Source: an uncultured Bacilli bacterium
Lineage (GTDB): Bacteria > Bacillota_I > Bacilli_A > RF39 > UBA660
DNA: 64,000 bases
Direction of reading: 5' to 3'
Assembly (NCBI GenBank): GCA_947627385.1
Contig: CANQVV010000001.1
Span: forward strand, 40,865 to 104,864
The notes beneath the pieces are model-generated. The model had not been told where the DNA came from and made no database searches. It saw nothing but the letters and a program-made list of their open reading frames with translations. Position 1 is the first letter of the stretch. Each line of letters begins with the position of its first letter. A program made the position numbers and the translations under genes. Shown one piece after another: positions 42,597 through 50,689 of this stretch.

Positions 42597-42929
42597 TCAC
42601 ACCTCTATCATATTTAAAGCTGCTTTTTCTGATGCCACCATCTTAATATGTAAACGTTTTAATTTAAGCAATACTGCATCTGGTACCTGACATAAAAATA
42701 TTTTGCCATTATTTTTCTTGATGATACACTTTGAATTTAAAATAGCATCTACACCCAATTCAGAAATACTTTTTAAATTAGCTAAATTATAAATTAAATA
42801 TTTAATTTTATGTTTAGTTAAAATAGGTATTAAATAATAATTTATTTTACTGCAACCTTTTTTGTCAAAATTACCATTTAATCTTACAAAAAGTACTTCC
42901 TTATCATATTCCAAATCCATTTTTAACAT
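42597..42929 (-). CDS. spoIIAA: anti-sigma factor antagonist SpoIIAA-like (STAS domain)
   Basis: STAS motif NLANLKSISELGVDAIL with a phosphorylatable Ser. Start taken at the ATG with an AGGTGA RBS, not the TTG used by the ORF track. Confidence 0.7.
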   Translation of the reverse strand: MLKMDLEYDKEVLFVRLNGNFDKKGCSKINYYLIPILTKHKIKYLIYNLANLKSISELGVDAILNSKCIIKKNNGKIFLCQVPDAVLLKLKRLHIKMVASEKAALNMIEV

Positions 42930-42974
42930 ACATTCACCTGCTATTTTAATATAGAACAATATTTTTTTATTTTA

Positions 42975-43010
42975 AACACTTTCGACAAATGATAGCAAAA
43001 GATGTCAAAA
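42975..43010. promoter_or_regulatory. putative Spo0A boxes (TGTCGAA on minus; TGTCAAA) upstream of spoIIAA
   Basis: TTTCGACAAATG...GATGTCAAAA lies 20-50 nt upstream of the spoIIAA start. Confidence 0.4.
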
Positions 43011-43032
43011 AAATAACCAAGTTTGTACTTGA

Positions 43033-44388
43033 TTATTTAGTAAACTTATACCACAAAAGTAAATTAGATTTATCTACCGGATTAGGTATATTTGTATAGT
43101 TTGCTTTGATTTCTGATTCACTTAATGCTCGATCAAATATTAAAGCATCACTAAATGTTGCATATGCAAATGCACCGCCATAAAGGCTACCTGGATTGGC
43201 ACCTAAAAAAATTGGTTCAGTTGACCCTCTTATATTATCAGTAATTGGATAATTAGCTGTTTCTACTCCATTAATATATATTTTTATTGTTTGACCATCA
43301 TATGTTGCTACTAATGTATACCAAGTACCAATTTTTATTTCTTCACTTGAATTTACAGCTTTATAACCATTAATCTGTGGATAAAAGCACAAATTACTAG
43401 AACAATCTGAGTAATGATATATAAAGCCCATTCCAGCAACCTCCCAATTTCCTATAATATGTTGAGAATCACCTTCAATATTTATTCTAACTCTTGTTAT
43501 TAATGATACTATATTTTTAAAATCATAATTAGCAAGTCCTGCATTAACCCAACCATTTTTATTATCATCACTGGTTGTTATTCCTTCATTATCTATTTTA
43601 ACTATATTATTGGCTATTCCTACATTACCATTACCACTTAAATCTTCTATTATTGTATCTCCTAAATTGGTTATCACACTGATGGCACTCTTAAATGTTT
43701 GACCTTTGGTACTATTATCATAAGTTGTTGTATGAGATACTCCACTTTTCTCTTCTCCTGTCGATAAATCATACATTGCTGTATCCCCTTCATAATAATC
43801 TACCCATAAATATATTTTATAAGTATTGGTTGTATTTTTTTCAATACTAGTTCCATCTATTACATAACTTTCTCTATTATTATAACTACTAGTGGCACTC
43901 TTACTATCTAAATTCTTATTTAATAACTCTGAGGTTGTATTTCCTGTCGGTAACATTTGCAAACTAGTTAAATAATTGGGCTTTTTCCAAACCACTTCAC
44001 TTCCTGTACCTATCTTTTTCTTGACTTGGTATCTTATTTTACTACTTGCTATACTACTTTCTCCACTTTTTGTTAATGTTGTTAGTATTAACGAATAACT
44101 TACTTTATTACTACAATTATTTTTTACTTGTACTTTGATAGGATTTGTTATATTTGCTGTGGCATAACTATCTGTTACCGGATAATTAAATGGCAAACTA
44201 ATATTTCCACTACTATCATTGGCTATACTTATATCTATACAATCAGTTTTAGTTGTTATAGTTGAATTAGCTATACTTCCTGTTACATTTACTTGAAAGT
44301 AAGCATATGTACTTGTTACTGTTACTATTATTAATAATACTACAAACATTACTGCATATATTAGATATTTTTTGTTATTATCTTCCAT
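43033..44388 (-). CDS. secreted LamG (concanavalin-like) domain protein with TasA/SipW-cognate-type signal peptide (TSTYAYFQV)
   Basis: N-terminus YLIYAVMFVVLLIIVTVTSTYAYFQVN. C-terminal Laminin_G_3-like WYTLVATYDGQTIKIYINGVE...IFLGANPG. Start at the ATG at 44388 with an AGGAGA RBS. Confidence 0.65.
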   Translation of the reverse strand: MEDNNKKYLIYAVMFVVLLIIVTVTSTYAYFQVNVTGSIANSTITTKTDCIDISIANDSSGNISLPFNYPVTDSYATANITNPIKVQVKNNCSNKVSYSLILTTLTKSGESSIASSKIRYQVKKKIGTGSEVVWKKPNYLTSLQMLPTGNTTSELLNKNLDSKSATSSYNNRESYVIDGTSIEKNTTNTYKIYLWVDYYEGDTAMYDLSTGEEKSGVSHTTTYDNSTKGQTFKSAISVITNLGDTIIEDLSGNGNVGIANNIVKIDNEGITTSDDNKNGWVNAGLANYDFKNIVSLITRVRINIEGDSQHIIGNWEVAGMGFIYHYSDCSSNLCFYPQINGYKAVNSSEEIKIGTWYTLVATYDGQTIKIYINGVETANYPITDNIRGSTEPIFLGANPGSLYGGAFAYATFSDALIFDRALSESEIKANYTNIPNPVDKSNLLLWYKFTK

Positions 44389-44440
44389 TTTTATTCTCCT
44401 GTTTTTACAAAACAATACGTTTTATACATTTATATCTTAT

Positions 44441-44476
44441 AACATTATGTTTTAAAAATCAATATAACATTTTGTT
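44441..44476. promoter_or_regulatory. two palindromic operator-like sites AACATtATGTT / AACATttTGTT in a divergent intergenic region
   Basis: Perfect 5-1-5 inverted repeat at 44441..44451 and a 4/5 copy at 44466..44476, between the divergent XRE and LamG genes. Confidence 0.45.
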
Positions 44477-44510
44477 ATATTATAAAATTTACACAGAGGT
44501 TAAAAATATT

Positions 44511-44747
44511 ATGGATCGTTTAAAAGAAATTAGAGAAGACAGAAATTTAAAACAAAAAGATATCAGTAAAATGCTTAATGTTTCCCAAGTAGCTTATAGT
44601 TACTATGAAATTGGCAAAAGACAAATACCAATTGATATTTTAAAAAAACTTGCAAAAATATACAATGTATCTACTGACTATTTATTATATTTAACTGATG
44701 AAAAGAAGCCTTATCCAAAAAGTATGATTAATAAAGAAAAAAATTAG
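44511..44747 (+). CDS. XRE-family helix-turn-helix transcriptional regulator
   Basis: 78 aa. LKQKDISKMLNVSQVAYSYYEIGKRQIP is an HTH_3 motif. Confidence 0.8.
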   Translation: MDRLKEIREDRNLKQKDISKMLNVSQVAYSYYEIGKRQIPIDILKKLAKIYNVSTDYLLYLTDEKKPYPKSMINKEKN

Positions 44748-44767
44748 TTCAAAGAAGACTAATTTTT

Positions 44768-45451
44768 TTATATTTTCATTATAGTTTGTAATTTTTTTAC
44801 TATCTTTTTTTCAATTCTAGATATATATGATTGAGAAATACCTAACATTTCTGCTACTTCTTTTTGGGTATATTCCTCAGTATTATTAAGGCCATATCTT
44901 AAAGTCATTATTTCTTTTTCTCGATCATCTAATACTTCAATTTCTTTTTGTAAAGTTTCTTTATCCATTACTTTTTCAAATTCTTTGGGTACAACATCTT
45001 CGTCAGTTCCTAAAATATCTTCTAATCTAAGTTCATTACCTTCGGCATCATAATTTAATGTTTCTTCTAAACTTATCTCTATTTTTTTTCGTTTATTTTT
45101 TCTTAAAAACATTAATATTTCATTAGCAATACACCGTGATGCATAAGTTGCTAGTTTTATATTTTTATCTATTTTATAGGTATTAATACCTTTAATTAAG
45201 CCAATAGAACCAATAGATACTAAGTCTTCGATATCAAAACCTGTATTTTCATATTTTTTGGCTAAAAAAACTACTAATCTTAAATTATGTTCAATTAAAA
45301 TATTACGAGCTTCAATATCACCTTGATGAGCCTTAATTAAATATTCTAATTCTTTTTCTTTGGATAAAGGTGGTGGTAATTTATCAGTGGCTCCGACAAA
45401 AAAACAATCTTGATATTTTCTTTTTAAAAAAGCTATTATCTTTTTAAACAT
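44768..45451 (-). CDS. sigE: pro-sigma-E (sporulation sigma factor SigE) with N-terminal propeptide
   Basis: Pro-sequence ...LPPPLSKEKELEYL, then regions 2 to 4. Directly downstream of spoIIGA. Confidence 0.85.
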   Translation of the reverse strand: MFKKIIAFLKRKYQDCFFVGATDKLPPPLSKEKELEYLIKAHQGDIEARNILIEHNLRLVVFLAKKYENTGFDIEDLVSIGSIGLIKGINTYKIDKNIKLATYASRCIANEILMFLRKNKRKKIEISLEETLNYDAEGNELRLEDILGTDEDVVPKEFEKVMDKETLQKEIEVLDDREKEIMTLRYGLNNTEEYTQKEVAEMLGISQSYISRIEKKIVKKLQTIMKI

Positions 45452-45454
45452 ATT

Positions 45455-46204
45455 TTATTCCTCCAATAAATGATAATTAAGTAAACAATCGATACTTTCA
45501 AATCCTTTAAAAGTATCGGATAATCCTAGTAAATAATTTGTATAAATTTGTTTTTCAATTATAATATTTTTAACACCAATACAAGGAAGTAAACTTTTTT
45601 TATTAACAGTATTAATTGGTACATATATAGGACTTCTTATATTATATATGCCTTTTAATTTATTTTTATTTATTAAAATTATATATTTACCTGTAATTGG
45701 ATCTTTTAATTTATTGCCACTATCAATAAAACCATTTAAAAGTAATTTGCGATTATTTTTTAAAGTTATTGTAACAATTTTATAATAATTAATCATTTCT
45801 TTTAATTTTTTTTGCTCTTTAACATATAAATATAAAATTAAAGGAGCAAATATTAAAATAAGTAAATATGATAAATTATTAAATTCTAATTTTAAATAAT
45901 ATAAAAAACCAGCTAATATAACACTTGTCATATATAAATAAATAATATTATTAAAAAAATATTGGATATTTTTATAACCATAAGTAATTATTAACATTAA
46001 AATTGATGTCAATATTTTTAAGATAAATAAAAAATATTTATTAAAAGGAAGAAAAATTATTAAAGTAGATATGGCACCAAAAAAAGAACCTAAAAACAAT
46101 CTTTTTAACTTAGTATTTCGTTTCAAAGTAACACTTACTGTCATTAGAAGTAAGAAATCATAAATAAAATTAAGGATTATAAGTAAATCTATATAGATTG
46201 TCAT
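45455..46204 (-). CDS. spoIIGA: sigma-E processing peptidase SpoIIGA
   Basis: Five-TM N-domain plus aspartic protease motif GFIDSGN. Confidence 0.85.
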   Translation of the reverse strand: MTIYIDLLIILNFIYDFLLLMTVSVTLKRNTKLKRLFLGSFFGAISTLIIFLPFNKYFLFILKILTSILMLIITYGYKNIQYFFNNIIYLYMTSVILAGFLYYLKLEFNNLSYLLILIFAPLILYLYVKEQKKLKEMINYYKIVTITLKNNRKLLLNGFIDSGNKLKDPITGKYIILINKNKLKGIYNIRSPIYVPINTVNKKSLLPCIGVKNIIIEKQIYTNYLLGLSDTFKGFESIDCLLNYHLLEE

Positions 46205-46231
46205 TTTATCACCTAATTTATTATATAAAAA

Positions 46232-46256
46232 AAATACGGCAAAATTTGTCGTATTT
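46232..46256. terminator. symmetric hairpin with flanking A/T runs (bidirectional terminator) after ftsZ
   Basis: AAATACG-N11-CGTATTT with an A-run on one side and a T-run on the other. Confidence 0.5.
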
Positions 46257-46265
46257 TTTTATTTC

Positions 46266-47321
46266 TTAAAATAAATCATTATTTCTTAAAAATGGTGGAA
46301 TTTCAATATCTTCATCTGGTTGAACAGTTCTTCTTTTAGGAATTTCTCCTTCTTCATATAAATCTTCGGTATCACCTTCATCAAAGCCCGTAGCAATTAC
46401 AGTTACAATAACTTCATCAGTTAAATTATCATTTTTGATTGCTCCGAAGATAATATTAACATCACCCTTAGCAGCTTCTCTAACTGTTTCAACTGCATCT
46501 TCAATTTCAAATAAAGTTAAATTTGCTCCACCAGTAACATTAACAATTGCATTTTTAGCTCCATCAATAGTAGCTTCTAGTAAACTATTAGCAACAGCTT
46601 GTCTAGCAGCTTCAATGGCTCTATTTTCACCAGCATTGCAACCAATTCCAATAATTGCAGTTCCACTTTTTTCCATAACAGCTTTAACATCAGCAAAGTC
46701 TAAGTTAATAACACCAGTTACAGCAATTAAATCTGATATAGATTGAACACCTCTATGTAATACATTATCTACTTCTTTAAATGCATCACCAAAGGTTGTT
46801 GTCTTATCAATAATATCTCTTAATTTATCATTTGGTATAACAATTAAAGTATCTACGTGTTTTTTTAATTCTTCAATTCCAATTAAGGCATTTTCAGTTC
46901 TTCTCTTACCCTCAAATCTAAATGGTTTTGTAACAATACCAACAGTAAGAGCTCCTAGTTCTTGGGCAATTTCCGCAATAATTGGAGCAGCACCAGTACC
47001 AGTTCCACCACCCATACCACAAGCTACAAAAACCATATCAGCACCTTTAAGAGCATCTTCTATTTCGCCTTTGCTCTCTAAGGCTGCTGCTCTACCAACT
47101 TCGGGATTAGCTCCGGCTCCACGGCCACCAGTAATTGATTTACCAATTTGAATTTTATTTGTAGCTTTGGAAGCATTTAATACTTGTAAATCAGTATTGA
47201 CTACATAAAACTCAACACTTTTAACTCCTTCTTCAATCATTCGGTTAACAGCATTACAGCCGCCACCACCTACACCAACTACTTTAATCTTAGCAATTTG
47301 ATCCATTTGTAAATCGTTCAT
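46266..47321 (-). CDS. ftsZ: cell division protein FtsZ
   Basis: GGGTGTG tubulin signature. 351 aa. Confidence 0.95.
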   Translation of the reverse strand: MNDLQMDQIAKIKVVGVGGGGCNAVNRMIEEGVKSVEFYVVNTDLQVLNASKATNKIQIGKSITGGRGAGANPEVGRAAALESKGEIEDALKGADMVFVACGMGGGTGTGAAPIIAEIAQELGALTVGIVTKPFRFEGKRRTENALIGIEELKKHVDTLIVIPNDKLRDIIDKTTTFGDAFKEVDNVLHRGVQSISDLIAVTGVINLDFADVKAVMEKSGTAIIGIGCNAGENRAIEAARQAVANSLLEATIDGAKNAIVNVTGGANLTLFEIEDAVETVREAAKGDVNIIFGAIKNDNLTDEVIVTVIATGFDEGDTEDLYEEGEIPKRRTVQPDEDIEIPPFLRNNDLF

Positions 47322-47334
47322 CTTTTATCTCTCC

Positions 47335-48576
47335 TTAATTATCAAAAAAGTATCCAAATAATTTTCCTAATAAAGAATTATCAGGTATACTTATCCCTTT
47401 ATCTGTTCCACTTAATACTTCTATTTCTTCTTTATCAAATACAGAAAATTCAACATTTCGAAGTTTTAATCGACTATTGTAATATTTAATAGTACCTACG
47501 GCAGTACTATATTTATTATGTCTTGCCCCTATCTCTTCAACATTACCAATAATCCCCGTATTGCCTAAAATTTCTTCAATCAAAATGTCAAAATCAACGC
47601 TTTCTGTTACTCCTCCTGTAAACATTATATAACTTATTTCTTTTTTTGTTAAGAGATTTATTTGTTTTTTTGCTAAACTAATTATCTCTGTTAATCTGCT
47701 CATTACTACTTCTGAGGCATCATATTGATTTATTTTAATATTTTCATCATGTTTATCTTTCAAAGTTACTGATTCGTTAGGTTGAGAAAGTCTTGTATGT
47801 GCAAGAGCTAAATGTTCTTTAATATTTTTAGCATCTTCAAGAGATATTTTATAAACATAAGATAAATCATTATCAATTGTATTTCCACCAATATCAATAA
47901 CCTCTAAATTAGTCAAAATTCCGCGGTTAAATATTGAAACAGTGGTTGTTTCGGCTCCAATATTGACTACGGCACCAATTTCTTTGGCAATAGCTTTATC
48001 TTTATGTTCATAAAAATCAGCCAAAGGTGATATTACGACATCAACTAATTCCACTCCAATATTTTTAAGACATGTATTAATTCCTTCAATATTTTTTTTA
48101 GGAACAGTTACAATAATTGACTTCATCGTTAACTTATCAGCAATCATATTCAAAGGATTATTGACAACTTCATCATTAACCTTAAAACTAGTAGGAAGAA
48201 CTGTTACTAATTCCCGATTATCAATAACTTTATTATAAACACATTTTTGCATAGCCTTTATAATATCATTATTATTTATAACTTTATCTGGGGAAGTTGT
48301 AGCAATTGTTCCGCTACTTAAAAAACATTCTGTATAAGCACAAGGAACACTAGCAATAACTTTTTTTACTGGTATTCCTAATATAGTTTCTGCTTTTTTA
48401 AAGATTTCATCAAAAGCTTCGGTAGCACTTTCACCATTAATAACATAGCCTTTTTTGATACCTCTTGATGGAGTTTCAACACATGCTAAAATATTGACTT
48501 TATTTTTTACAATTTCCCCTACCACTAATTTTATTAGTGAGGAACCTACATCTAGACTGGCTATAAATTTTCGCAT
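47335..48576 (-). CDS. ftsA: cell division protein FtsA
   Basis: Actin-like ATPase fold. ftsA-ftsZ synteny. Confidence 0.9.
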   Translation of the reverse strand: MRKFIASLDVGSSLIKLVVGEIVKNKVNILACVETPSRGIKKGYVINGESATEAFDEIFKKAETILGIPVKKVIASVPCAYTECFLSSGTIATTSPDKVINNNDIIKAMQKCVYNKVIDNRELVTVLPTSFKVNDEVVNNPLNMIADKLTMKSIIVTVPKKNIEGINTCLKNIGVELVDVVISPLADFYEHKDKAIAKEIGAVVNIGAETTTVSIFNRGILTNLEVIDIGGNTIDNDLSYVYKISLEDAKNIKEHLALAHTRLSQPNESVTLKDKHDENIKINQYDASEVVMSRLTEIISLAKKQINLLTKKEISYIMFTGGVTESVDFDILIEEILGNTGIIGNVEEIGARHNKYSTAVGTIKYYNSRLKLRNVEFSVFDKEEIEVLSGTDKGISIPDNSLLGKLFGYFFDN

Positions 48577-48655
48577 AGTCTCACTCCTATTTTCCTATTT
48601 CTAATTATACCTAAAAATAAAGGTATAAGCAAGTTTTTTGCAAAAAAAAGAATTA

Positions 48656-49204
48656 CTATTTTAAATTTTTTAGTAATTCGTCTTTTTTCATAGCACTATA
48701 ACCTTTAATACCAGCATCTTTTGCAAGTGCTTTTAATTCACTTAAAGTTTTAGTACTTAAATCTTCAACTTTTTCGGTAACCTTTTTTACTTCTTTTTTA
48801 ACTTCTTCTTTTACTTCTTTAACTGCATTTTCTGTTCTTTTAACTTTACCATTTAAAGCATCCTTAGCAACAGTTACTAATTTAGTAAAAGATTCAGCAT
48901 CATTAATAGCTATTTCAGATAACATTTTACGGTTAATTTCAATACCAGCTTTATTTAAACCATCCATAAATTTAGAATAACTGATATCATTCATTCTGCA
49001 TGCTGCATTAATTCTTGTAATCCATAATTTACGGAAATTTCTTTTATTTTGTCTTCTATCTCTAAAAGCATATGCTCCACTATGGAATACTTGTTCTTGG
49101 GCAGTTTTATATAATCTATGTTTACTTCCAAAATAACCTTTTGCTTGTTTTAAAACTTTACGTCTTCTATTTTTTGATACGTTTCCGCCTTTAACTCTTG
49201 CCAT
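48656..49204 (-). CDS. rplT: 50S ribosomal protein L20 with a ~65 aa Lys/Glu-rich C-terminal extension ending in a Rho_N/SAP-like motif
   Basis: N-terminal 118 aa are canonical L20. Tail: ...[13 protein letters not shown]...[30 protein letters not shown]. Confidence 0.9.
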   Translation of the reverse strand: MARVKGGNVSKNRRRKVLKQAKGYFGSKHRLYKTAQEQVFHSGAYAFRDRRQNKRNFRKLWITRINAACRMNDISYSKFMDGLNKAGIEINRKMLSEIAINDAESFTKLVTVAKDALNGKVKRTENAVKEVKEEVKKEVKKVTEKVEDLSTKTLSELKALAKDAGIKGYSAMKKDELLKNLK

Positions 49205-49216
49205 TATTTATTCCCC

Positions 49217-49408
49217 CTATCTGATAACAGATTTTAATCTGTTAGCTTCTCCTTTTCCTAAAATTCCTTTATTTCTTCTTTGACGTACTGCTTTGGCAGA
49301 ATCTTTACTTGTTTTATGATTACCATTACCTTTCTTATAAGTAAGAGTACCATTCTTTTTAACTTTAAATACTTTACTACTTGCTTTATGTGTTTTTTGT
49401 TTTCCCAT
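49217..49408 (-). CDS. rpmI: 50S ribosomal protein L35
   Basis: 63 aa basic protein between infC and rplT. Confidence 0.9.
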   Translation of the reverse strand: MGKQKTHKASSKVFKVKKNGTLTYKKGNGNHKTSKDSAKAVRQRRNKGILGKGEANRLKSVIR

Positions 49409-49431
49409 AATAATTCTCTCCTTCTACTTCT

Positions 49432-49953
49432 TTATTTTTTAGGCGCTAATAACAAAGACATTTGTCTTCCTTCGAGTTTTGGTTCTACTTCAATTTGACT
49501 AATATCACTAAGAGCATTAGCAAACTTTAATAAAACTTCTTCTCCTAATTCAGTATGGGCCATTTGGCGTCCTTTAAATCTGATAAAAGCCTTAATTTTG
49601 TGACCTTTTTTCAAATATTCGGCAGCATTTCTCTTACGCGTTTCAAAATCACCTATATCAATTGTAACTGACAAACGATATTCTTTGACTTCTTTATTAC
49701 TTTCTCTTTGTTTTTTTTGAGCTTCTTTTAACTTCTTTTGACGTTCATAACGGTATTTATTATAATCCATTATTTTAGCTACCGCTGGCGTACTATTTTC
49801 ACTCATTAAAACTAAATCAAGTCCCGCATAACTTGCTAATGTCTTGGCATCTTCAATATTTTTGACACCCATTTTTTCACCATTAGGACCAATTACCATA
49901 ACCTCTGCTACTTTAATTTGATCATTAATTTGTAGCTCTTCTGTTTTTGCTAT
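49432..49953 (-). CDS. infC: translation initiation factor IF-3 (probable non-AUG ATA/ATT start)
   Basis: The ORF-track Met sits inside the conserved N-domain. In-frame upstream codons give IAKTEELQINDQIKVAEVMVIGPNGEKMGV. GGAGGTG is 5 nt before the ATA at 49953. Confidence 0.8.
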   Translation of the reverse strand: MAKTEELQINDQIKVAEVMVIGPNGEKMGVKNIEDAKTLASYAGLDLVLMSENSTPAVAKIMDYNKYRYERQKKLKEAQKKQRESNKEVKEYRLSVTIDIGDFETRKRNAAEYLKKGHKIKAFIRFKGRQMAHTELGEEVLLKFANALSDISQIEVEPKLEGRQMSLLLAPKK

Positions 49954-49975
49954 TGTAACACCTCCAAAATTAAAA

Positions 49976-49997
49976 AGTGAGTATCATTATACCCACT
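49976..49997 (-). promoter_or_regulatory. infC leader hairpin with U-run (candidate L20-responsive attenuator)
   Basis: AGTGGGTATA-ATGA-TACTCACT plus TTTTTAATTTT immediately before the infC RBS. Confidence 0.45.
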
Positions 49998-50171
49998 TAA
50001 AAACCTTATTTATTATTCTTTATATTTGGCTTTTAACCTATCACTACTTGGCAATCAGGTGGATATAAATCGCTTTCCTTTTTAAAACACTAATAGTTTA
50101 ACACTATATTATATGTTTTGTCAATTATTTTATACAATTATGTTATAATAAATTACATAAGGAAAAGATTT

Positions 50172-50687
50172 ATGATAATTAAAGGATATAAAGCATTTAA
50201 TAGTGATAAAACCAATAGGTATGGTCAAAAATTTATAGAGGGTCAAGTTTATCATAACAATCATGATTTAAAATTTGGTAATAATGGCCATGGTTTTCAT
50301 ATGTGTACTCTTCTTTGTGATGTTTTTCGTTATTTTGATAGTAATGCTGTTGTTGCCCAAGTTATCGGCTTTGGCAATTGTGTTAATTATAACGATGAAT
50401 ATAATGGTTATTATAATATGTACGCTGTTTCCAATCTATACATAGAACGTTTTTTAACAAGAGAAGAAATTATTAATATAATGCTTAATAGTTCTGATTT
50501 TGAAATTCAAAAATTTTTAAGAACTTTTACTTTAACTGTCAAAGAAAGTGAATTATTTTTGCAAAAATTTGAAAATAATAAACAACTTATAAATTTTATT
50601 TTATATTATCAATATGGTTATATAAATATATTTAAGGAAAATAATAGTAAAGATATTTTAAAAAGGATTAAAAAAAGAACTAATTAG
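50172..50687 (+). CDS. hypothetical protein (MIIKGYKAFNSD... family)
   Basis: RBS AAGGAAAAG before the ATG at 50172. No known domain. Confidence 0.45.
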   Translation: MIIKGYKAFNSDKTNRYGQKFIEGQVYHNNHDLKFGNNGHGFHMCTLLCDVFRYFDSNAVVAQVIGFGNCVNYNDEYNGYYNMYAVSNLYIERFLTREEIINIMLNSSDFEIQKFLRTFTLTVKESELFLQKFENNKQLINFILYYQYGYINIFKENNSKDILKRIKKRTN

Positions 50688-50689
50688 TT

